Source: Anthoceros angustus (Eukaryota > Plantae > Anthocerotophyta). Taken from it: DNA of 64,000 nucleotides. Below the pieces are notes generated by a model. It ran no database searches, was not told the origin of the DNA, and worked only from the letters and a program-made list of their open reading frames with translations. Of this stretch, positions 1-11,062 are shown one piece after another. Each line of letters starts with the position of its first letter. The first letter of the stretch is position 1. The DNA is taken from positions 682,001 to 746,000 of the forward strand of contig VJWM01000068.1 in the NCBI GenBank assembly GCA_010909165.1, read 5' to 3'. A program made the translations under genes and the position numbers.

Positions 1-221
1 GGCATGGACGCGGCGACCCAGAACAAGATCCTTCTTGTCTGCACAATTCTTCAGGACAGTATAAAAGAGGGATTTCGAAATGCCACAGTCTGTCTGGACC
101 AGAATTCCCAATGCCTCAACAGCACTCGTGAGATGGCCCTGACGATACAGGCTGTTCACGGTTTCACCCGTTACGCCCCTTTCGAGTCCTGCAGGCCTCC
201 CAACCTCAGAATCATCCCACA
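1..221 (-). pseudogene. PLS-class PPR N-terminal fragment, near-identical to 4690-4910, running off the window edge
   Basis: 1-221 matches 4690-4910 except for about two differences; the minus strand encodes the ...YTVLKNCADKKDLVLGRRVH PPR start. Confidence 0.7.
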
Positions 222-586
222 GGCTGCAGTTGGAGTTCAACAACCACCGACGCACTTCCATATCCAGGGCAACCACTTTCGCCTTCACCTGGGAGGGTTG
301 GGTTTTCTTCCCCCGCACTCATCATTTGACAGGAACAAGCACAGTTCACTCTGCCTCAGGCTACTACTCGAGCCGGAGGTGGTAGACGACACATTTGACC
401 ATGCAATTCTATGGCTCTGATCATCAGCCTTGGCTCCACGGACATAAGGCTGTGGTACACTTTGAAATGAGTTTTATGATGATGCTCGGGGGAGCGCACA
501 TCAATCACTTCGCTTGATCCAACGCCAACGATCCTACCCAGAATTTCTCAAACCATGCACAAACACACAAGCTATCAGCTCATCCA

Positions 587-841
587 AATGTGTGTCCAAA
601 TGGCTTAGGCCTAATGGGGACACATTTATAAGAACGCCCTTATTAAGCATCTGCGTTTAGATCGGTACTTAGATGGGGTGCCCAAAGGGAGTGGATGCCC
701 TTGTGCAAGTAGCTCAGGCACACCATACCATGGTACAAGTTGTTAAGGCACACCATACCATGGTACAAGTTGTTAAGTAGCAAGTCCCGGGACAAGAAAA
801 TTCCATCCAAGTGAACTATAATATACTTCTTCTTCTTCATC
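587..841 (+). mobile_element. 5'-truncated non-LTR retrotransposon (LINE) 3' end with (TTC)n tail
   Basis: Homologous to 20479-20697, 40707-40926 and the reverse complement of 49890-50137; ends in cttcttcttcttc; internal 30-bp duplication at 717-776. Confidence 0.6.
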
Positions 842-859
842 AAGAGCTCCTCGAACTAC

Positions 860-1035
860 ACATATACTAGTATGTGATCAAGGAGGAACATGAAGAGCGC
901 TTTAGACATACATGTAGGCCCGTGATAGTAGATATTATTGGGGGCAACATATATACTAGTATGTAATCAAGGAGGAACATGAAGAGCGCTTTAGACATAC
1001 ATGTAGGCCCGTGATAGTAGATATTATTGGGGGCA
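860..1035. repeat. Two-copy ~90-bp tandem repeat
   Basis: atatactagtatgt..atcaaggaggaacatgaagagcgc...tattattgggggca occurs twice. Confidence 0.85.
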
Positions 1036-2209
1036 TTAATAAGAAAACGTATGTATTGGCATACGTAGTGCACTTCACAATCAGATTGAGTCCTTGTGAG
1101 CTCGAAGGACATGTACTAGAAAGTAGTGCGCGGTGTAGTATGTGATTAACGTAATTATTTTGAGGTGAATGTTATCGAGAATAACCATACGTTGTTATGC
1201 ATTTATAAAACACGTAATTTTATTCGACACAAAAAGGAGATATAATCAAGGTAAAGGATATGTTCGCAAAGAAAATTACAATGAAGGCGAGAATTACAAT
1301 CGTAGATAGTTACAACCTCAAAAGGGTTAGGAATGATGTAACTTAAGCAGCAACGCGGAATGATGTAACTCCAGCATTACCTGACATTACTGTAGAATTT
1401 CCAAGAAAACAAATACTTCAAAAATTATTTCAACATGACATAACCGTAGAACTATCAAAAGTAAATACTCCAAAAAAGCATTCATAGCCATAAAAATCCC
1501 AAAAATAAGTACTCCCAAAAAACATTTCAAATCCAAAAATGGACATTAGTTTCAAGAGAAGTTAGTTAATACTTTTCAACTAGAACTTAAAAGTTAATTT
1601 AAACTATTCCTCTAGCAACTCCTTTAATGCAATGCATAAAAGTCTTTTGCACACATCAATAGTCACTGAGCAATATGATGTCTTTTGTTTAGGAGTTTCT
1701 TCAGCATCTCAGGCTTTCTTACAAAGACTTTCCAAAAGATCATCACATATCTTTTCATGAGTGAAATCATTTATCAACTCTTTGTGTAGTTGCCAATTAT
1801 GATGCTCCAACTTGTGTAAAAGCTCCGTACATTTGACTTTGTGTACTTGGATGGAGTCTTCATAATCCTTTTGGACACCATAATCGAATAAAACCTATTC
1901 TTGTGAGAGATGTAGCCTGCTGGATCATTGGATAAATCTTTGATGGGAATCTAAAAACCATTGGTGTTAGAAAACAAAAGTTCAAACTCAAAAGCCAATG
2001 TAAAGTTTCTCACATTTTTTGCGCCTTACCCTTTTGCAATCGTGTCTATTAACTCATCGTACTCGACAATTGCTGCCCTCACGGAACTTTCTCCCTCAAC
2101 TTTAATCTTGCAAGTAGAAGAACTACAGACCATTGATGAGCTCTCTTTCTCAAAATGAGTATCGTTCCCAAATTTTCCTAGTGCCATGCTTGTATCCTTT
2201 ACTGTATGC

Positions 2210-2580
2210 ATATCCTCCTCTGAAATGTGGGAGGTAGTGAACATGCTCCTGCTACTGACTTCTAGGTCACGCTGAACATTGTGGCTCGGAACATTCTCAT
2301 CCTCTGAAATTTGGGAGGTTGTGAATGTTCAGCTCGGAACATTCTCATCCTCTGAAATTTGGGAGGTTGTGAATGTTCAGCTCGGAACATTCTCATCCTC
2401 TGAAATTTGGGAGGTTGTGAACAGGCTCCTACTACTGACTTCTAGGTCACTATGAACATTGTGGCTCGGTACATTCTCGTCCTTTGAAATTTGAGAGGTT
2501 GTGAACAGAGGAGCCGAAATTTGGGAGGTTGTGAACAGGGGCGCCCGCTACTGACTTCTAGGTCACTCTGAACATTGTGG
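2210..2580. repeat. Minisatellite of 48-bp and ~84-bp units inside a degenerate AT-rich element
   Basis: Repeated cattctcatcctctgaaatttgggaggttgtgaa and ctactgacttctaggtcac motifs. Confidence 0.8.
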
Positions 2581-3769
2581 CCAGGTATTTGCTCATCCTC
2601 ATCTTTGTGACTAGACGTATTTTCATCTTCATCTTCAATTTCAACGTTCAAGTGTCTCATGACATTGTAGCTAATCACACTCTGGTTGTCATATTCAACT
2701 TTGACTATTCTCCTCATCGTGGAGCTCAGTATCAGTAATATACAGGAAAAGCAGATCACAGGATTATGCATAACTAATGACCAAACAATTGCAATAAAAA
2801 ACTATCATGAAAACAAAGCTGGAAGAGCTTTCTTCGAGGCATGTTTGGGTCTTGCAAGTATTTTGAGCAGTATGGCGTATTTCATTTCATTTTTGGAAAG
2901 AATATAGTCTCGCACGATAGAACTCTTGCATGGAAGTCCAGCGCGCCCATAGAGTGCAACGACGTATGCATCACCATTGCTTAACAGGCGCTTCACCTCT
3001 CTAGATGATATCTTTTACCAAGGATGAGAAAACTCCATCCCGGCAAGTGATCATCTCGTAGGGGCGCTTAATTGCATAGTTCCAATGGACTTATGAGTAG
3101 AGTTCCAATGGAGTCACGAGTATATGGGCGGTTTCATGTTATCATTATCAAGAAGTCAAGTTTACAAAAGTCAAATGGTGTGGATAAATATGTATTATGC
3201 CTTCATGGAAACTTGTATGATGTCCTATTGATCATAGCCAAGTTTTCCAAGTTGGATTTTAAGTTTATACAGCTAATTTTATAAATTGTATAGGACTAAT
3301 TACATTAACTTTACATGGCTAAATTTATAAGAATAAATTTAAACCTAATTTATTATCTTTATAAGATTTATTATTCTTTTTATATCAAGCTAATTAGATT
3401 AATATTGAAAATCAATCTCAGTGTTTAGTGTTAACTACTTAATACCGTAGTAGCTAAGAAGTTGATGATTCGTGCCCGTTTTATAGTCCCTTGACCACGG
3501 GAGTGCCAAGTTAACATGTTGAAGCTCCAGTGCGGGCAAAGCCCAACACAACCCACCTCCACCCACCTACCTGCCGTCCTTCTCCTCGGCTAGGTTTTCT
3601 ATGCACCATCACTTCCTACATCGACCGGACAGGGTGCTGTTACCATACAGGGTGTTTGTCAGTGGATGTCCCTTTGGACATCTATGGGTTGACCCTGGTG
3701 CACTGTGGAAGCCATCAAGCATCGAATTGTAAGGCCCAATTACGTTTTGTTGCTCACCCTCCTGTCCGA

Positions 3770-4190
3770 AAACTCTCTTCTTGAACCCTTGGAGATGGGC
3801 AAGCAGCTTCATGCACATATTAGAAAGGGAGGACATGAAACTGATTGTCTTTGTAGCCAGCAGCCTGGCAAACATGTATGCAAAGTGTGGCAGCTTAGAG
3901 GACGCTCAGAAAGGTTTTGACGGGCTTGTTGAGAAAAATGTGGTGACGTGGACTGCCGTGACAGCAAGGTCTTCCTCACAGGGCATGGGCCGGGAAGCCC
4001 TTCATATCAACAGTGCTATGGTGCAAAAGGAGGGCATCGCGGCACCTAGTTTTGTGACATTGTTGTGCCTCCTTCAGGCATGTGCATGTGTAGGGACCCC
4101 GGCATTGAACAAGGGGAAGCGGCTATGTGCACAAATAAGAGAACAAGGACATCTAGGTGATGTCTCTGTTGCCAATGTTCAGTTACGCAG
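3770..4190 (+). pseudogene. PLS-class PPR fragment (frameshifted)
   Basis: LEMGKQLHAHI / VASSLANMYAKCGSLEDAQKGFDGLVEKNVVTWTA / FVTLLCLLQACA split across frames. Confidence 0.8.
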
Positions 4191-4204
4191 TTCCTCGACA
4201 ACGT

Positions 4205-5040
4205 AAAAGAGACCTCCGGGAATGCTATCATAGTGTCTCTGCACCAAAAGCCCCAAAGCCTCGACAGCCTTGAGCAACAAGATGGCCCTAATCACATTGC
4301 TTGCTCACGGCCTCAGCCCTGGCATACATATCCATCAAGGCACTGCACACAAACAAATCAAGTTGAACACCACTGGCCACCACATCAGCATGCACCTGCT
4401 GCCCAGTTTTCAGGTCTGGTCCCCTTGCACAAGCCTGAAGGGCAGCGACAAAAACATGACCATCCGGCTTCACACTTGACCTGCGCATCCGATGATACAG
4501 TTCTATGGCCTGCTTGTCTTGTCCATGTGTAACATGCGCAGAAACTATGGAAGACCACATGAAGGCATCTGGGTTGGCAACCATGGTGAACACATCCATC
4601 GCCTGCTGCAATCTGCCATTCAAAGCATACATTCGCAGAATGTGGTTGCACAGGAACGTGTCTGATTGATAGCCTTGTTTCACGGCGAAGGCATGGACGC
4701 GGCGACCCAGAACAAGATCCTTCTTGTCTGCACAATTCTTCAGGACAGTATAAAAGAGGGATTTCGAAATGCCACAGTCTGTCCGGACCAGAATTCCCAA
4801 TGCCTCAACAGCACTCGTGAGATGGCCCTGACGATACAGGCTGTTCACGGTTTCACCCGTTACGCCCCTTTCGAGTCCTGCAGGCCTCCCAACCTGCAGA
4901 ATCATCCCACAATAAGCTCCTTGAAGTCAGGCCAGCAGTAGCTCTTCGTGCTAATTCTCCACTTTTCTGGGTCTACAAAACATGTGAACTCAAGGGACCC
5001 TGTTGCCCCTTGCATGACTCCATTGCAACGTTCCCAGACA
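4205..5040 (-). pseudogene. PLS-class PPR, N-terminal repeats only, truncated
   Basis: ORF 4288-4905: FLCNHILRMYA...DAFMWSSIVSAH...KPDGHVFVAALQACA...DLFVCSALMDMYA; 4911-5040 is homologous (inverted) to 14155-14310. Confidence 0.85.
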
Positions 5041-5835
5041 GCGACAGGAATGTGTCAAAGGCGCCCGGCTGGCAGACTCTGCTGCAGGAGGCAGATTTTC
5101 GTCACCATCATCCGGCACAGCTAATAAACACAGCGGGAGATATCAGGGGAGAGACACTCATATGACAACGCACTCGGCAATCTGTCTAGTTGCAACTTGC
5201 ATGGAACATAAATGGACAGGTTGCCCGTCTGCTTGTCTGAACTAGGAGAGGAGATCAAGCTAATATTCCTTCCATTTGGTAAATCCTTTTGCACCTGCAT
5301 ATGTGCGCTGTGTTGCGCGGGTATACCTGAACAAAAGGGGGTAGGTGGGGAAAGGGGACAGCGTGTAGGTCTTGTGGGAGCCAGGAGTCGAAGGGGTGTC
5401 AAAGCCAGACCCTCAGGGATCGAAAGCAAACAGAAAGGGGAGGTGGGGACCCGGGGGAGGTCCTTCCTGCGAGCTGGAAAGTATGTGGGGAAGGCGAGTC
5501 GGGACAGCGGACCAGCCTGGAGGGGGATGTTGGTATGGAACGGCGTGCGGACACCGACTGGACGAGTTCGGAAGAAGAGCTCTGGCAGCACCAGGGGTGC
5601 ATGCCTCTCATGATGGTCCTCGCAAGCAGGACAAGCTTGCTACAGCCCATCGGTGTGGTCACTGCTAAACCACATGTCCTGGAGACCATCCGTTGTCGTT
5701 TATGGCAGGGTAGAGATGGCTCCACTCCCTCCACGGGGGATGTGGAGGAGCAGGTGAATAGCAAGGAATGACACTAGAGCAGTGGCATCCCCGTGCTGCC
5801 TTGCAACTTTTCCTTCCCTTGGCACTGCCATCTTG

Positions 5836-8305
5836 ATGGCAATCTCCACAACTTCTGAAGTAGTGCTCCTCGCCTTCCTGTTCAGTTGGTTGCAGACGCT
5901 GGGAAGGAGCCAAAGCCTGGGCTGGATCGTTGTAGGTAACACTGGCCTGCCCACTTGCTCCTACTGCGTCAACGCCATCAGCGGCACCAAGGCCAACCGC
6001 AGTGCGGTCGTAGATTATTCTAGCTTGCAGGTGGGGATCTACCGCTGCCTCAAGTTCGATTGGAACGAGCTGTGGGCCATCGACAACGCCACCAACGCTA
6101 TTCAGATTCATGACCCCACGAACATTACGCGGTGCCTCGAAGCTCGGTTGCAATCCGATTACGAGGGCGGGAATGTCACCCTGCTGCCTCTGCACCTCAG
6201 TGCTTGCGACGGCAGCAGCAACCGGCAGTGGTTTTTCGACTCTGCTGTCAAGACTGTGAGAAGCGGGCTCACGGATTCGGATGGGGGCCCTGTCTACATG
6301 GTGGTGGCCGACCTGCCGAGCGAACACATCCAGCGGTCTTCCGCCTACTACAATCTCTACCTCAGCACTCTCCGGGCGCCAGGGTTCCGTTTCTCCCAGC
6401 TCACCTTCGTGCCTGCGTCCAGTCTGCGGAACAACTACTCCGATCTCTTTCTCAATATCAGGAGTGCAGATCCGGGGAAGAATTCGAGAAATCTGATGTA
6501 CAACGGGGGCTTCGAGCGCTCCACGTTGCTGGGAACCTGGCCTCATGGTGTCGACTGCTCCAATTTCTCGGGTACCTGCTCCAAGTTGTCTCTCTTCGAT
6601 GGCGAGATCTTCTCCCTTTGCTCATGGGGCATCGATAATCCGCCGAAAATGCCCTTACGGATTCACAACCGAGCATCTTGGAGGGCTGCGGAGGGCAACT
6701 CCGCTCTGCTGCTTCCCGGCGGGGTGTCCATCAATCAGACCATTCCCACAGAACCCAACTCTTCTTACACCCTTTCCTTCTCCTTGGCTGGGTTTCTGAC
6801 CCACGATGCCACCTCCGACAGCTACCATCTTTGCTCCGATCAGACAGGGTATGTGACAGTTACAGCCGGCGTGGAGTCCGCGGCATTCTCAGTGGATGCA
6901 TCCAGCACAGACTCCGGCACCATTTGGTTCCGCAAGACCTTGACCTTCTTCAGCTCCGGCTCGGCTACCGTCATCTCCTTTAATAGCACTGGCTTTTCAC
7001 AAACATGTGGCCCCGTCCTGGATGACGTTGGGGTGATCTTGCCCGGTTCATCGCACGGACTTCTGCAGGTGGTAGCGGCGGCGGTTGCTTCATCCGTCTT
7101 CGTGGCCCTCGTCCTAGTCCTCGCAGCTCTTGTGCTTTCGAGAAGAAGGAAGTCTCGTCCAGAACCTCACTTGGATCCTGATGCAGTGCACAATGTTAGA
7201 GTGTTCTCCTACAGCGAGATTCAGAGGGCCACAGGCAGGTGGAGCATGGTGTTGGGAGAAGGAGGTTTCAGTACAGTTTACAAGGCACAGTTTCCTGACG
7301 AAATGGTTGGAGCAGTCAAAGTGGAGAAACACCGACCCTCCAAACTCTCGGTGTTCGTACAGGAGGTGACTCTGTTACAACGAGTCCATCACAGAAATCT
7401 GGTCAACCTCCTGGGATTCTGTGCGACAAGAGGTTTGCATCCCCATCCTTGCTCTGCAGTCAAGTCAGTCCTTGCCACACATTTTGCTAGCATGCAGGTT
7501 GTATAGACTCCATCATCCTTGTCCCACGTGTTTGAGACGCTCACAAGCAGGTCCTTTCTCCTTTTTTTCAGGTCATCGTGTTCTTGTGTTTGAGTATCTC
7601 CCCAACAAAAGCCTGTACCAAAGGCTGCATCCTGATGAGGAAGGTGAGAAGGACAACGTCATGCTGTCCTGGAACATTCGGATGAAAATCATCTACCAAG
7701 TTGCTTGCGCTCTCGAGTATCTGCATCATGGTACCAGCCCTCCAGTTGTGCACCGGGACATCAAGTCAGCCAACATCTTGCTCACAGCCACTGATTCAGC
7801 CAAGCTTGCTGACTTTGGGCTGTCCAAAGCCGCTCCACCGGGTGCTACGTCTTTCCAGTCTGTGAACACGGTGGTCAGGGGCTCCCTAGGGTACTTGGAC
7901 CCCAGGTATGTGCGGTCTGGAGTGTTCTCTCCCAAGAGCGATGTGTACAGCTTTGGAGTGGTAGTGCTCGAGATCATCAGTGGCTACCCAGCCATCAAAG
8001 ACATGGACCTACTTCCATACTGGGCTGCTGACTATCTGTCTAACCCAGATCTTGCCTCTGAGATCGTCGACAAGCGCCTTTCTGGAGAGTTTGATGATGC
8101 AGATCTCCACATCCTGATCGGCCTTGTTAAGATGTGTCTTCAGGAGGAGTCCGAGCTTAGGCCTACCATGCAGCAGGTTTTGTCATTCCTGGCGGATTCG
8201 CACTTCAGCGGACATCCCTCTCTACATCTGGCGCCTATCCCTGATGGACTCCCAAAGCCACCAGAAAATATCGAAATACCGGTCACAGATGCGTCCAGTT
8301 CCTAA
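5836..8305 (+). CDS. Receptor-like kinase A: signal peptide + ricin-B lectin + DUF642-like domain + TM + RD Ser/Thr kinase (URK-1-like); join(5836..7432,7572..8305), 776 aa
   Basis: Hydrophobic N-terminus; NELW/NRQW lectin motifs with Cys pairs; NLMYNGGFE...CGPVLDDV; TM VVAAAVASSVFVALVLVLAALVLS then RRRK; GEGGF, AVK, HRDIKSAN, DFG; phase-1 GT..AG intron 7433-7571 joins the two ORFs in frame. Confidence 0.92.
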
Positions 8306-8629
8306 CTGTTTGCTTCCTCCGACAAGTGTTAGTTGGAGGAACTGTCTGTCGCCTCCGACACGTGTCCCTTGAGTGATGAAAGGCAAACTCCACTGGCTCC
8401 GCCCGGGTCTCTTGAGTGAAAAGTAAGCTCCAGTGGCAACTGCATAGCCAGACTATAATAACCCTTATAATAAGCCAGCTTCCTTCACTTCAGCCCTTCC
8501 ACGAGGCTGGCGTGGCGGGAGGCTAGGGCGGGAGGTGCTGCTGCAGGAGCTCACGGCGGTGGAGGCCAGCATCCGGCCGCACACCGAAGGAGGAGGAGCT
8601 GCAAGAGGAGTTGACAGTGGGGGTGCGGA

Positions 8630-8900
8630 GGCGATGTCGAAAGGAGAGGCAGAGCATAGTGAGCAGTCCACCCCTCCTCCAAGGAAGACAAGCGCGCGAG
8701 GGAGGAAGTGGGATTACGCCGAGTTGGACACGGTGTTAGAGGAGGAAGCACGGCAGGTAAGGATGGGCTAACAACACCCAACGCTTGAACGCGGGCTCGT
8801 GGAGGCGGCTCGGTGAGCCAACAGAGGGTCAGGGCAACGTTGCCCGGGTTGCGCAACACTGTTCGGGGAATGGAGGCCATGCTAAACGGCCTGCGCCTGA
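8630..8900 (+). pseudogene. Degenerate Myb/SANT (trihelix-like) ORF, probable second gene of a PIF/Harbinger element
   Basis: GRKWDYAELDTVLEEE ... SWRRLGE..GQGNVARVAQHC-G(K)W-AML across frameshifts; convergent with a Harbinger transposase. Confidence 0.45.
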
Positions 8901-8982
8901 GCATGGAGGCCATGGAGGACGCGTTGGAGGAAGACTAGGCTTGGTCCTCCTCCCTAGGGCTTGGTGCACTGGCAGTAGCACT

Positions 8983-9470
8983 CACTACCACAAAACGGGT
9001 CCACATATGACGTAGAATATGACGAAGGATTTACGCGGACGGGCACTAAATGACGCGGGTTGGAAATGCCCGCCCATCATATTATGCGTCAAATTGAACC
9101 CGTCACAAACGGTTCTTAATGTCGCGGGGTCCCAAATGACCATAGTGGTGGCGGTCGGTTCCTGGTTCATGGGTACAATATTCGTACATTCCGGCAGTAC
9201 GTGGGCGGATGGGCCCGTGGCGCCACCTCATCTTCCACATTGGACACTACGCATATGACAAGGCGCGCAAATTTGGCGATTTTGCCCGCTAGACGTGTCT
9301 TGTACGGAGGTGTCCACCGGGCGTCTGCGTGCCGTTATGCACCATGACGTGGCATCCGTAACAACAAGGTTGCCGCGAATATCGGACGGACGGTCATATC
9401 CCCGCCGTCGGCCCATGCATGGTTGGCGCCGTCCATCAACGCGGGCGCGGTGACATGGCCACTATCACGT
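8983..9470 (+). mobile_element. CACTA (En/Spm)-like left terminus with ATGACG subterminal repeats
   Basis: CACTACCACAAAA at 8983 followed by repeated atgacg/cgtca motifs; no clean right TIR found. Confidence 0.5.
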
Positions 9471-11062
9471 TCTAGTCCCTCCTAGCCAATAGCTTCCCTT
9501 GCTGTCAATGGATCTGACAACAATGGATTGCCCAATCATGGGCAAGTTCAAGCCTTCTCTCCATTGCTTGCACACGTTGATGTGTAATTGGCGTTTTGTA
9601 TGACACGAGGGTTCAAAATACCAATGAGCATGGCCAATGGCTGCGATTGATGTAGAGGCACTTCATTGGACGGGACGCAGTGATTTTACGGTCGCTTTCC
9701 ACCCGCGGCCACGGTGCGGATTAGGCAAGCTTCCAACAGTGTAATTTCAAATTATGAAACCCTAAACGCCGAGCAAAAGCCAGGCACCCTCGCTGAAATT
9801 AGGGTTGTACGCACCAGAGGAGTTAATACAAAGGGTTATCTTAGCCAGCAACAAACATACCTTCTAATTAGGTCTTTCCAACTCAGGGAACTCGGGCCAA
9901 GCAAAATCCGTGCATTATTAAATCGAGGTTACCCTATCTCCTGCTTAAAATAAGTCTAGCATAAAAACCCGTTTCGACCCAGCCCACTCCATTCACCTAA
10001 CCCAAAACATATCGAGCTGCATTGATACTAAGGGGACGTACTGCTTTTCCCTCGTGCCGCCGCTTTGACGAATGTTCCAACCTCCATGCTGGTCCTCCCT
10101 TCTTCCGAACTCCTCGGCCGAAAAAGCCATCCCTTCCGGGCTTAGTCCATCCGTCAATCGATGCCAAACCATCAAACGGGCCACATATTGCGGTTGAAAA
10201 ACCGGACACAAAAGGCTCTTCACAAGCCACAAAATAGAGGACACCTCCGACTCCGAACAGCAAACCCCGTACCTGTGTTTCTTCTTCCACCGGTGTGTCG
10301 AATCCATTAGACTCGCCAGCATACTGCTCCTGCGCCGGGGTCTACTTGGCACACATCCACCAACGTTAGCAAAGGGGTAACACATTTGGTAAATAGGACC
10401 CCATCACATGGTTCATGCCCACCAGCAGTGTTACGGGAGAATTGTCCTCTTCTGTGTCCTCTATGCGGGCACCAGCTTCCTTTGCACCTGTGAATCCCTC
10501 ATGCACCACTGATTTCTAGCGTCAGTGAAGCAACATTCACATATCCATTCATCCTCAAAACTGTATTCACATCGAACACTAAACCTCCAAAAGGCCGAGG
10601 TATGATTCCATGTTCTCAATCTGCTGCGCAGACCCCACTCTTGCTTTGCGGTGTGCCTGGATGCGCCCACTCTCCAAGTGCCTTGTTGAAATCATGTCTG
10701 CCCGCCCAAAGGATTGCAGCCCCCACCCCGTGCTTCATTAGGCGTGCATCGGTTGCATCATTCTGCGTGGGCCATTCCCCTTCCTGCAGCTCTTGGACTC
10801 CAAACTCCATTGCTTTGGTCCATGCCTCCCACACACTCCCGGCCGCAGTGCCCAGGATAGTTGCCCTCTCTCGCATCCCTACCGCGGCTTGCACTCCCTC
10901 AACACGAATGATTGGCCTTGCTAGTATTTGTCTACTCACAAGTCGTTGCCACAAACTACTATTCCTAAGAATACCAGCATCATTCTAACTTCCTGGACTG
11001 TTCGCACATATATCTATGAACATCTTTCGATTGTCACATACCGCTTGTAGCACAATACAATG

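Noticed and set aside
2805-2996. SWIM/MULE-like GLPCK motif
   Set aside because: The other Cys/His ligands are missing; too weak to call
5121-5771. Overlapping ORFs upstream of RLK-A
   Set aside because: No homology recognised; likely intergenic or promoter sequence between the divergent PPR and RLK
5665-6546. 293-aa minus-strand ORF (and 44334-44924)
   Set aside because: Antisense shadow of the GC-rich RLK coding sequence; no recognisable domain
5782-7506. ORF-track RLK starts (GTG 5782, TTG 44274) and separate kinase ORFs
   Set aside because: These are eukaryotic genes: ATG 5836/44337 gives the signal peptide, and a GT-AG intron joins the ORFs
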